Part shown: positions 9,301 to 17,399 of the stretch, piece after piece
Numbering within the stretch: position 1 is the stretch's first letter
Layout of the letters: the number at the start of each line of letters is the position of its first letter
NCBI GenBank assembly: GCA_963662275.1
Contig: OY759316.1
Location: 3,968,001-4,032,000, forward strand
Direction: 5' to 3'
Length of the DNA stretch: 64,000 nt
From: Candidatus Cloacimonadales bacterium
Lineage (GTDB): Bacteria; Cloacimonadota; Cloacimonadia; Cloacimonadales; DAONDQ01
The notes under the pieces: generated by a model
What the model saw: only the letters and a program-made list of their open reading frames with translations
The model's database searches: none
What the model was told of the DNA's origin: nothing
Position numbers and translations under genes: made by a program

Positions 9301-9392
9301 GTGAACGCAGTATAAAGAAAGCATCTGTTCTGGAGAGATTTAAAGCCTTCTTTAATAGGTTTTGGGATATTTCGGGAAGTAACACGCTATGA
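6339..9392 (+). CDS. hsdR: type I R-M endonuclease subunit R
   Basis: RYD..ELK nuclease motif, TGSGKT Walker A, DECHRS, FTGTP, LTGFD, QAYSRTNR. Start moved from 6321 to ATG 6339 (GAGGT RBS). Confidence 0.96.
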   Translation: MKYDIIAQNPESTVVAEYNSPSIRETAYQSEADLEKDFVQLLKAQAYEYLPITSESGLIANLRKQLEILNNYSFSDKEWKQLFETKIANLNNGIEEKTTILQEDFIQLLTCDNGVTKNIYLLDKANIHNNRLQVINQYSVDGGQRANRYDATILVNGIPMVHLELKKRGVDIKEAFNQINRYNRESFWAGSGLFEYIQIFVISNGTHTKYYSNTTRFTHIKEQSDGKVKKGKRTSNSFEFTSWWADGNNKPITDLMDFGRTFFAKHTLLNLLTKYCVFTSDKLLLAMRPYQIVATERILRRIEIAHNYKQYGNVDGGGYIWHTTGSGKTLTSFKTAQIACKLPYIDKVLFVVDRKDLDYQTMLEYDKFEKGAANSNTSTAILKKQLEDINAKIIITTIQKLSVLIKKEKYHPVYNQHVVIIFDECHRSQFGDMHNAITKSFKKYHLFGFTGTPIFAVNASRNLNSQLCTTEQAFGEKLHTYTIVDAIMDKNVLPFRIDYISTMKEQEDIADTKVWDIDRERALAAPARVTNIVKYILEHFDQKTKRNSYYQLKERRLAGFNAIFATASIDIAKKYYSEFQKQMTGLPSDKQLKIATIYSFGVNEDEVEIEGIIEDENLEDTSRLDKSSRDFLESAIEDYNKLFRTNFDTSSDKFQNYYKDVSQRVKDREIDLLLVVNMFLTGFDATTLNTLWVDKNLRLHGLLQAYSRTNRILNTIKTFGNIVCFRNLEKATNESIALFGDKEASGIVLLKTFDEYYHGYHSGEKTIPGYVELVGELLEKYPVGARIIGEQNQKDFIKLYGTILKLRNILSSFDEFIGLEILTERDVQDYHSMYIDLYNEFRGKNKGDAENVNDDIVFEMELIKQVEINIDYILMLIKKYHEGHQKNKEIVISINKAIDSSVELRNKKDLIDLFIASLNPSTDVDKDWHEFVEAKKIEELNKIIEDENLDKEETYKFIANAFRDGFVQESGTAITKVLPPISKFTPTGERSIKKASVLERFKAFFNRFWDISGSNTL

Positions 9393-9514
9393 ATATGCGG
9401 CTTATAATCATTACCTGGAGAAGATTAGGGAAATGGGATTTTATTGTCGCACATGACATGTCAAAACTAAGCATTATAAGAACTCAATGACTGATACTAT
9501 GAAAGGAGGATATC

Positions 9515-10465
9515 GTGAAAAATCTCTTTATTGTTGATGGAGCCTCGGGAGCAGGTAAATTTGAGATGGTAAAATATGTATCCGAGTTTAAAAATGATTG
9601 CTCATATGTCCAGAAGTATACAACCAGAAAAACTCGCAATTACGAGAAGAATGCTCGGTTGATTCTTGATCTTATTTTTGTAGATGACGATACGAAATTT
9701 CAGGAGATGAAATTTGATTACAAATATAGGTATGCAGGAAATATGTATGGCGTGTATAAAAAAGATATTTTAGCAGCAATGTCTATGAGTAATAACGTGT
9801 TTATTATAATCAGAAATTATGAAGTAATCAATTCATTAGCCCATGATTTTTCGTATGTTAATGTCATCCCATTATTTGTACATACTTGTGATAATGTAAT
9901 TGAAAAATGGATGAAGGAAAAAAAAGATATTACTCCAGAACAGATTAACGAAGCACTTGATAGAAATCTGTTAGCTTATGCTGATTATCATAAAAAACCC
10001 AATATTTACAAAGAAATTATTATTAATAATTCTGACAAAAAAGACCTTTTTACTACATGTGATAAGTTACTTGAAAAATACTACTACTCTTCTTGTATTG
10101 ATGATAAACTGATCTTTATTTTTATGTCATTCAGATCGGAGAACAAACATATGCTAGATTATCTGGAGAGTATGAAAAGAGCTGTGAAAAAAATCGATTC
10201 TTCATACAGATGTATTAATCTCGAAGATATACATGGTTCAAGTTATAAAATCTCTGAAGAAGCAATTTCGAACATGATTCGTTGTAGATTAGCGATTGTG
10301 GATTTATCAGATGCAAGACCAGATGTTTATTATGAATTAGGGTATCTTCATGCGATAAAGAAAAAAACTATTATCACAGCTATTGACGGAACGAATCTAC
10401 CTTTTTACCCAAAAGAATTCAAGGTCGTTTTTACGAAAATGCAACTGATCTGCAGAAGAAGTTAG
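9515..10465 (+). CDS. guanylate-kinase-like P-loop domain fused to a nucleoside 2-deoxyribosyltransferase/TIR-like domain; likely 1-bp frameshift near the 3' end (restored stop 10503)
   Basis: GASGAGK, KYTTRKTR and YG motifs; C-terminal IFIFMSF...AIVDLS...DVYYELG. Adding one T to T5 at 10428-10432 gives VVFYENATDLQKKLVIELSAFLTENM*. Confidence 0.75.
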   Translation: MKNLFIVDGASGAGKFEMVKYVSEFKNDCSYVQKYTTRKTRNYEKNARLILDLIFVDDDTKFQEMKFDYKYRYAGNMYGVYKKDILAAMSMSNNVFIIIRNYEVINSLAHDFSYVNVIPLFVHTCDNVIEKWMKEKKDITPEQINEALDRNLLAYADYHKKPNIYKEIIINNSDKKDLFTTCDKLLEKYYYSSCIDDKLIFIFMSFRSENKHMLDYLESMKRAVKKIDSSYRCINLEDIHGSSYKISEEAISNMIRCRLAIVDLSDARPDVYYELGYLHAIKKKTIITAIDGTNLPFYPKEFKVVFTKMQLICRRS

Positions 10466-10622
10466 TAATTGAACTTTCAGCATTCCTAACAGAGAATATG
10501 TAATTGAAGTGAGATTCAACATATTTGAAAGGAGAAGGCATTACTACGGATTAACATTACCTTTATCCAGAATTGATAAAAAAGAAGAATCTCACCAATT
10601 GCTACACAGCAAAGGAGTATCT

Positions 10623-11066
10623 ATGAAAAAGGATGAACTCTCAATATACGAAAGCCCAGCCGTAATCAAGCACTTGGAGATTTTGCAGGATATAATTACG
10701 AGAATGGCTGGGAATGGTGCAGCCTGTAAAACCTGGGCAATACCAGTTATCACCGGCATCATAGCATTCTCGGTGGAAAAACAGTGTATTCCAATCTGGG
10801 TTAGTCTTATTCCCGCGATTATGTTTTTTGTCTTAGATTCATTCTATCATGGGTTAGAAAGGCATTTCATTGACACCCAAAAAGAATTTGTAGCAAAATT
10901 GTCGGATAATACCTTACAATTAAATGATATCTATGTTATAAAATCAATACGATACTTAATTATCCATTTGAAATTCCTGTTTAGAGGGATGTTATCTTTC
11001 GCTACAGGACTTGTCTATATTCCCATTATTGCACTAATATTATGGCTGTGGAAGACAGGCTACTAA
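10623..11066 (+). CDS. small multi-pass membrane protein (TIR-associated effector-like, 147 aa)
   Basis: AAGGAG RBS before ATG 10623. HLEILQDIITRMAGN..KTW motif followed by about three hydrophobic segments and LDSFY..LER. Confidence 0.7.
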   Translation: MKKDELSIYESPAVIKHLEILQDIITRMAGNGAACKTWAIPVITGIIAFSVEKQCIPIWVSLIPAIMFFVLDSFYHGLERHFIDTQKEFVAKLSDNTLQLNDIYVIKSIRYLIIHLKFLFRGMLSFATGLVYIPIIALILWLWKTGY

Positions 11067-11085
11067 ACACACAAAAGAGACGATC

Positions 11086-11193
11086 ATGCCTAAAAGACAA
11101 GTTTTCTATCGGAGGTAATTGTGTATAGAGGATTTAATATCAAAGACATCAAACTCGAAGACAAGTACATCGAAGCTGGTAAAAACCAACAAT
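11086..11193 (+). pseudogene. stubs of two probable TIR-domain genes
   Basis: MPKRQVFY (11086) resembles the N-terminus of MTH538/ThsB-type TIRs and breaks off. GGAGG + GTG 11121 gives MYRGFNIK..., recalled as the N-terminus of another TIR family, and runs into the IS-end remnant. Family match is from memory. Confidence 0.45.
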
Positions 11194-11290
11194 TGAATAA
11201 TATTCTTAATGAGAGCCACTTGTACGGAGTTTTAGAGCCACGTCTTCGCTAAAATAGAGCCACCTAATTCGAAAGTGAGAGCCACAATTC
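11194..11290 (+). mobile_element. IS21-family-like terminal remnant (no transposase)
   Basis: Starts TGAATAAT..; AGAGCCAC at 11212, 11234, 11256 and 11278 (exact 22-bp period). Inverted relatives at 50581-50652 and 52516-52583. Confidence 0.6.
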
Positions 11291-11499
11291 AATTTAAGAC
11301 TGAAGATTAAATATTAAGAATTGGCATTGAAGAAGCTTATAGCTTGTAGGGATAGCGGAAGGTGGCAGAGACCAGGGAACAGTTCAGAGCAGAGCAGACT
11401 TAGAGTTCAAAATTCTTCTTGACTCTTTCATTTGAGGAATAAACTATACGAATTATGTAAATGCATGGGTAAATACGAAACATATCTAGGGGTAGAGAA

Positions 11500-11820
11500 A
11501 TGGCAAAGAATCAAATAAAAGAGCCCTCCATTCAATACAAGCATAGTTGTACACTAGAATACGGACTCGAAAAGCTTATCAATTATGATTTAAAATCCCC
11601 AATCAATTACACTTTGGAATGGGATGATCAGTATTATATTGCTGAGTCAACGGATTTTCCTATCTATGCCATTGGAGATACAGAGCTTGAAGCGATTGAA
11701 GCTTTGAAATTGGAAATTGAGAACCTCTATTCTGAATTACAAGAAAATGAGAAGTTATCTGATGAATGGGCAAAATACAAATTTATGTTACAAAGTATAA
11801 TAATAAAGCACTGTGAATAA
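11500..11820 (+). CDS. HicB-like antitoxin (no DNA-binding domain)
   Basis: YYIAESTDFPIYAIGDTELEAIEALK matches the HicB partial RNase H fold. Acidic. Overlaps the next gene. Confidence 0.6.
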   Translation: MAKNQIKEPSIQYKHSCTLEYGLEKLINYDLKSPINYTLEWDDQYYIAESTDFPIYAIGDTELEAIEALKLEIENLYSELQENEKLSDEWAKYKFMLQSIIIKHCE

Positions 11821-12085
11821 CGCTCAATTTAGCACGAATCAGATACTGAAAGTATGCCAGGATAAGCTTGAAATTGAATTCAAGAGTACCAAAGAGTATA
11901 ATGGTTGGTATATGTTAGATGGGAAATGTGTTTGTCGTATTACAATCCCGAAGGGAAGAAAAGAAGTGCCTCTCAAAACTTATACATGTATGGCTAAACA
12001 ACTGAAACTCACTACATGGCAATTCGATATTTTACTTCAATGTACATTAACAAGAAAGGATATGAGTCGATTATTCGTAGTCTGA
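11813..12085 (+). CDS. HicA-like toxin; probable 1-bp frameshift at the C-terminus (restored stop 12096)
   Basis: Small basic dsRBD-like pattern RITIPKGRKEVPLKT..MAKQLKL. One extra base at ~12060 gives K(D/E)YESIIRSLKLV*. Confidence 0.55.
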   Translation: MNNAQFSTNQILKVCQDKLEIEFKSTKEYNGWYMLDGKCVCRITIPKGRKEVPLKTYTCMAKQLKLTTWQFDILLQCTLTRKDMSRLFVV

Positions 12086-12139
12086 AATTAGTCTGATTTT
12101 ATCAGAACAAATTCAGGAATACATACAATTTTACCGTAT

Positions 12140-12545
12140 GATGTCACTCCTTGCGGGGTTCTAATGGTATTGTGGGTTTCTCCCTGTAGTTCCATTTCAT
12201 TCCACTACAGGTTATGATCTACCATCTCTTCGAGATTAAGAGAAGACGCAAAGAATTTAAGATTGAAAATTGAACACTTCGACGGGCTCAGTGCAAGGAT
12301 TGTGATTTGGCAGAAAAGCAGATCAGAACTAGCTCTCCCTTAATCCCTCCCTTTACAAATGGGAGGGAAATTCCAGAATTATTTTTCATTTTTTAAAAAT
12401 AAATCGAAATGCTCCCTCCTATATATATATATGAGGGCTCTGTTTTAAACGAGTTTAAAACTTCGCTAATTAAAAATTAAAAGTTAAAAATTAGCAGAGC
12501 AGAACTAACGCCCCCTTTATCCCCCTCTTTGCAAAATTGGGGGAG
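12140..12545. repeat. mosaic of REP-like hairpins and short repeats
   Basis: cctgtagt..actacagg hairpin; cttcgacgggctcag motif; tccctcccttt..gggaggga (12333-12371, copy at 63351-63390); (TA)n stem; palindrome gttttaaac-ga-gtttaaaac. Confidence 0.6.
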
Positions 12546-12821
12546 GCTGATCGAGGAAGACAATCATTGTAGAAGGTACTATAAGAGTTTTTCGGGTGGA
12601 TGAAATCCAAATGTTCTATTCAGTGAAGAAAGCATTGCAGTATGTCATGAAAAAGATAAAAGCCAAAGATCAGCATCTAGTGAATTATTTAACTACCATC
12701 ATTCATTTGCATAAAGACGAGGAGCCAACACCTGAAGTTGTTGCTACGATCTTTTCATAGATAAAGCTTGACTGATGACATAATGGGATTAGTATTAATA
12801 GTAAATTATTGAGAGGTGGGT

Positions 12822-14444
12822 ATGACGTTTAACTCACGAGTTTTGATTGTAGATGATGATGACATAATCATAGGCATAATCACCAGCATTTTGAAATACA
12901 ATAATTATCTTACAGAGCACTGTCACAGTGGCGAGGAGGCTTTGGAGAAAATAATCGAGGATGATTATGATCTAATCCTCCTCGATGTACAGATGGGTAA
13001 AGGTCTGGACGGATACGAAACATGTAAACTGATGCGGGAACTAAAGCCTGATTTACCGATCATACTAGTCACAGCCAACCAGGATGATGAATCAGTCAAT
13101 CGAGGCTTTGAATCCGGGTCGAGTGATTACATCAAGAAACCAGTTTCTCGATTAGAGCTGCTCGCCAGGGTAAAAAATACGATTACTCTCAAGCATTCAG
13201 AGAAAAAGAACCTCCAACTCATAGAAACTCTGCGTAAGGATTTAACCACTGCAGCCAATATCCAAAAAGCTATGCTGCCAAAGTGGATCAGTATTGATGG
13301 CGATTTGCTGTTTTCCTCCTATTATGAAGCATCTGAAGCTGTTGGAGGAGATTTATTTGATTGGATAAAACTGGATGATAATAAATATGCGGTTTACATA
13401 GGAGATGTTTCCGGTCATGGGGTTCAGGCGGCACTATTAATGTCCGCTATTAAATCAAATATCAAACACATGATTGAAAATTATAAAGATGATAAAAGCC
13501 TGGCTGAATTATTCACAAAATTGAATGAGCGTCTGTGTAATGATCAATTAATGACTAACAATTATCTTACTATCATGATGGGTGTTATCGATTTGAAGGA
13601 GGGGGAATTCCGCTTTCTCAATGCAGGTCATCCGCCATTGATCGTAATCGATACAATTTCATTTGAGATAAGAGTCCATGATGAGAAGGGGTCTCTACCA
13701 TTAGGTTGGATGCAAAATCTGCAATACGATGATGACGATATTGTTCATATCCCTCTAAGTTCAAGAGAAATCTTTCTGTTATTTACAGATGGCATCTATG
13801 AGTGTACCAATTCTGATGACATACAATTCGGTATTGAAGGCTTAAAAGAACTGATTCAGGAAAGAATTGAATTCGTTAATTGCGTAACGATTCCTCACAA
13901 AATTAAACAGTATTTAACTACTAATCACTACGAAACTTCTTCCGATGATTTTACACTTTTTTCATTCCAAATTCATAATGGAGAAAAGCCAGACCTGCAG
14001 CATCCAGATTCCACTAATTATTATGCAAGACATTATACGTTTGTGTTGGTGCCTGCGTTGAAAGAAGTGGAAAAAGTAGCCCGCGATTGCGAAGAGCTGG
14101 TATTGGATTGGACAGGTGATAAATATCTGGCAGCCCGGGCTGAACTTATCGTAGATGAATTTCTGAATAACATCATCATGTATGGATATAACTATGTTGA
14201 AGATGCAGAAATTGTCGTAGAATTTCGTTTGGAGACTTCAAAGTTATCCATACGTTTTTGGGATAAAGGAATTGCCTGGGTTCCGGAAGAACAGGAATAC
14301 AGTATCGATAATCCCTATGATTTTGAAAAGGATGGCTTGGATACACACGGCAGGGGTATGAAGATCATCATGTCTATCAGTAATCGTTTCATTCGTACTC
14401 GGTATGACAGCATCAATGAAACAAAGGTGGAGTTTGATCTATGA
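12822..14444 (+). CDS. REC - PP2C/SpoIIE phosphatase - HATPase (RsbW-like anti-sigma) fusion
   Basis: Receiver (VDDD..LLDVQM..KP); SpoIIE motifs GGD, GDVSGHG, NAGH, FTDG, DD; HATPase motifs E..NN..YG, D.G, GRG. Confidence 0.9.
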   Translation: MTFNSRVLIVDDDDIIIGIITSILKYNNYLTEHCHSGEEALEKIIEDDYDLILLDVQMGKGLDGYETCKLMRELKPDLPIILVTANQDDESVNRGFESGSSDYIKKPVSRLELLARVKNTITLKHSEKKNLQLIETLRKDLTTAANIQKAMLPKWISIDGDLLFSSYYEASEAVGGDLFDWIKLDDNKYAVYIGDVSGHGVQAALLMSAIKSNIKHMIENYKDDKSLAELFTKLNERLCNDQLMTNNYLTIMMGVIDLKEGEFRFLNAGHPPLIVIDTISFEIRVHDEKGSLPLGWMQNLQYDDDDIVHIPLSSREIFLLFTDGIYECTNSDDIQFGIEGLKELIQERIEFVNCVTIPHKIKQYLTTNHYETSSDDFTLFSFQIHNGEKPDLQHPDSTNYYARHYTFVLVPALKEVEKVARDCEELVLDWTGDKYLAARAELIVDEFLNNIIMYGYNYVEDAEIVVEFRLETSKLSIRFWDKGIAWVPEEQEYSIDNPYDFEKDGLDTHGRGMKIIMSISNRFIRTRYDSINETKVEFDL

Positions 14445-15289
14445 TTAGTATCATTATCCGTGCCAAGAATGAATTACCTTGGCTGAAATACTGTCTATTG
14501 ATGCTGAAACTTCAAACGAGAAAGGATTATGAATTGATTTGTGTGGATTCAGGCTCTACGGATGGGAGTTGGGAATTACTTCAGGCAGCCTCACCAGATA
14601 CAATTTATCAAATAGCTCCAGAAGCCTATATCCCGGGTAAAGTTCTCAACCAGGCGATTACTCATGCCAGGGGGGAGTATGTCGTTTTCAATAATGCTGA
14701 TTGTATCCCCAAAGATAAGTATTGGCTGGAAAACCTGATCCGTCCACTTGAAACTGATCCAGAATTAGTCGCTGTCTATGCTCAACAGATACCCCGAGCT
14801 AATGCGATACCGCTCGTGGAAAAGGATTATAAGAGAGCTTTTGGTGATGGCAGAGTATCAGCGCGGTGGCGTCATTTCTTTTCATTGGCAAGCAGTGCCG
14901 TTAAGCGTGATATCATAACCCAATATCCATTTAAGGAAGATATTCAATATTCTGAGGATATCGAATGGTCTTGGCGAATGAAGCAGCTTGGTTTTAAAAT
15001 TCTATATGTTCCTGAATCCAAAGTGGAACATTCACATAATTACAATCTTGCACAGATCAAGAAACGCTATCTTGGAGAAGGAAAAGCAGAAGCCTATATC
15101 TATCAGGATTACTATCGTGAGAATCCTCAAGAGCAATCCTTTTGGAAAAGTGTTATCCTGGCATTTGGTATTGAAAGCCTTAGAGATTGGAACTACCTGC
15201 TGCATCATATGCAGTTGAATTGGATGCTGCTTGCTCCTGTTTACCGCTTTGCTCAACGCTATTATGCTTTCAAAGGACGTAATCAATGA
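14441..15289 (+). CDS. glycosyltransferase family 2 (rhamnosyltransferase-like)
   Basis: ISIIIRAKNE, VDSGSTDG, NAD, SED.EW and HSH motifs. ATGA overlap with the upstream gene. Confidence 0.9.
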   Translation: MISIIIRAKNELPWLKYCLLMLKLQTRKDYELICVDSGSTDGSWELLQAASPDTIYQIAPEAYIPGKVLNQAITHARGEYVVFNNADCIPKDKYWLENLIRPLETDPELVAVYAQQIPRANAIPLVEKDYKRAFGDGRVSARWRHFFSLASSAVKRDIITQYPFKEDIQYSEDIEWSWRMKQLGFKILYVPESKVEHSHNYNLAQIKKRYLGEGKAEAYIYQDYYRENPQEQSFWKSVILAFGIESLRDWNYLLHHMQLNWMLLAPVYRFAQRYYAFKGRNQ

Positions 15290-16401
15290 AGATATTAGTA
15301 AGTTGTTTAGCGTTTGATGAAGGTAAATCAGGAATTTCGGATTACATAGTTTCAACGGTAAAAGAGATGATCATAGAGCATGAGGTGTTCCTTCTGATCC
15401 ATCCCTCTGATGCCAGCATATTTCCTTTGAGTAGTGATAAACTCCACTTTCGCTATGTTGCAGAATGGATTAAACGCCCATTGATTTCCATGTTTTGGCA
15501 TCTCTTTATATTGCCTTTTTCTATGAATTTCAATTTCTATGATCTCTTTTTTCTACCGGCGGGCAATAGACGATTAATGGCTCATTATCCCAAAAGAACA
15601 GTTGTTACTTTTCATGATTTGTCACAATTCCATATTCCTTCAAAGTATGATGGCTTCAGAATGTTTTACATTAAAAAGATCATCCCTTATTTCCTGCGAA
15701 AGGCACCTTGTATCTATGCCATCAGTGAAAATACAAAAAAAGATCTCATCCGCTTTTATGCAATACCAGCCAATAAGATTGAAGTAAATTATAATGGCTA
15801 TAACCCTCAGAAGCTGGAGAATCCGATTAGCCTGGAAGAATTACATAATAAGTTCAACTTGCACAAAAAGTACATGCTTTACATTGCAAGAGTTGAACAC
15901 CCGGGGAAGAATCATATGGGGCTTTTAAAAGCATATGATCTACTTCCGAATGATCTGATGGCCGAATATGACCTAGTCTGCGCAGGAGGTCTGTGGAATG
16001 GCGGCGAGATTGTGATGCAGCAAGTAACTAAATTGCAGCATCCCGAAAATATACACTTTGTAGGTTTTGTGTCTAACCAGGAGATGGCTTCATTATATAA
16101 GAATGCAAGTCTATACGTTTTTCCTTCCCTGTATGAAGGGTTTGGAATTCCCGTTTTGGAGGCATTTGCGGCAGGTATTCCTGTAATATGTTCTGATCGT
16201 TCATCCCTGCCTGAGATTGGTGGGACTGCAGTCTTGACTTTTAACCCGGATAAACCTCAATCAATCGTCGAAAGTATGAAGGCAGTTTTAACTAATCCAA
16301 ACCTTCAAAACGATATGATCCAACGTGGAAAAGACAGGCTTCAGAATTTTAGTTGGTATTTGCATACACAGCGCATTATTAACAGTTTTAAACTGAATTA
16401 A
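15286..16401 (+). CDS. glycosyltransferase family 4
   Basis: FPSLYEGFGIPVLEAFAAG and SLPEIGG motifs. Confidence 0.92.
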   Translation: MKILVSCLAFDEGKSGISDYIVSTVKEMIIEHEVFLLIHPSDASIFPLSSDKLHFRYVAEWIKRPLISMFWHLFILPFSMNFNFYDLFFLPAGNRRLMAHYPKRTVVTFHDLSQFHIPSKYDGFRMFYIKKIIPYFLRKAPCIYAISENTKKDLIRFYAIPANKIEVNYNGYNPQKLENPISLEELHNKFNLHKKYMLYIARVEHPGKNHMGLLKAYDLLPNDLMAEYDLVCAGGLWNGGEIVMQQVTKLQHPENIHFVGFVSNQEMASLYKNASLYVFPSLYEGFGIPVLEAFAAGIPVICSDRSSLPEIGGTAVLTFNPDKPQSIVESMKAVLTNPNLQNDMIQRGKDRLQNFSWYLHTQRIINSFKLN

Positions 16402-16521
16402 CTTATTTTTTTGACTCCATTCAGTTTTCGAGGAATAGAGACTTGAAGTCAATAAGTTGCGTAACGATGAGGAAAAAGCAGTACAAATCAAATATGAAGA
16501 TGAATCAGAGGAAAGAACAGT

Positions 16522-17301
16522 ATGTATAACGACAAACCGATAATCCTAATCGCTGAAGATAATGAACTAAACCTTACTTTAGTGAAGGAAATGATCTTGA
16601 AAGATATTCCCAATGCACTGATTCATATCGCACAGGATGGAATTTCTGCGATACAGGCTGTTCGTGAACTTAATCCCGATATTGTTCTGATGGATGTTCA
16701 AATGCCACATCTCGATGGTTTGAATGCTACAAGGCAAATAAGAACTTTTTCAAGCGTTCCGATTATTGCCCTTACCGCTGGAGCACTGAATGCAGAAAAA
16801 GAGGAGTGCTATGAGACAGGGATGAATGATTTCCTCACCAAGCCTGTTGTCGCAAAGGAATTACTGGATGCATTAAGTAAGCATCTTGGCATCGTAGTTT
16901 CAAATCTAAATCCGGATATTCCAACAGAAGAAATCATTCAGGTTGATTTGCATATAAACCAAAAATCATTACTCAATAATTTGAGCCAAGATAAAAAAAC
17001 CATGTTTCATTTGTTCCAAATCGCCAAGAATAGTTTCCCCAAAACAATCACATCACTGAAGCAGGCATTTGCAGATGAGAATCAAGCGGATATTAAGTCA
17101 AGCCTACACTCAATTCGTGGTTCTGCACAGAATATGTATTTTGTCAAACTAGCAGATCTAACAAGATTTCTGGAAAATAATTTTCAAAATCTCGAGCCTC
17201 TTGAAACTGAGAAATATTTATTTCATATTGCAGAAGAATGGGACACACTTGTAGAAATTATTGATCATCTGATTCTAGTTGAGAGTAATCAATCCGAATA
17301 A
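16522..17301 (+). CDS. response regulator (REC + HPt domain)
   Basis: AEDN..LMDVQMP..LTKP receiver; LHSIRGSA HPt motif. Confidence 0.9.
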   Translation: MYNDKPIILIAEDNELNLTLVKEMILKDIPNALIHIAQDGISAIQAVRELNPDIVLMDVQMPHLDGLNATRQIRTFSSVPIIALTAGALNAEKEECYETGMNDFLTKPVVAKELLDALSKHLGIVVSNLNPDIPTEEIIQVDLHINQKSLLNNLSQDKKTMFHLFQIAKNSFPKTITSLKQAFADENQADIKSSLHSIRGSAQNMYFVKLADLTRFLENNFQNLEPLETEKYLFHIAEEWDTLVEIIDHLILVESNQSE

Positions 17302-17399
17302 TTGAAAAGAAATCGTTTCAGCATTGTTCAATAGTAAGTATTGCTTGACATCCACATGTAGATAAATTTGAAATTAATGTTACACTAAGGGGGTAGATT

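Noticed and set aside
11212..11285. Possible mini-CRISPR array
   Set aside because: An 8-bp repeat with 14-bp spacers is far too short, and there are no cas genes. It fits IS21-type ends better.
12551..12760. Open frame ...VDEIQMFYSVKKALQY...TIFS*
   Set aside because: No clear RBS/start or recognisable motif. It may be a gene relic, but I cannot support that.
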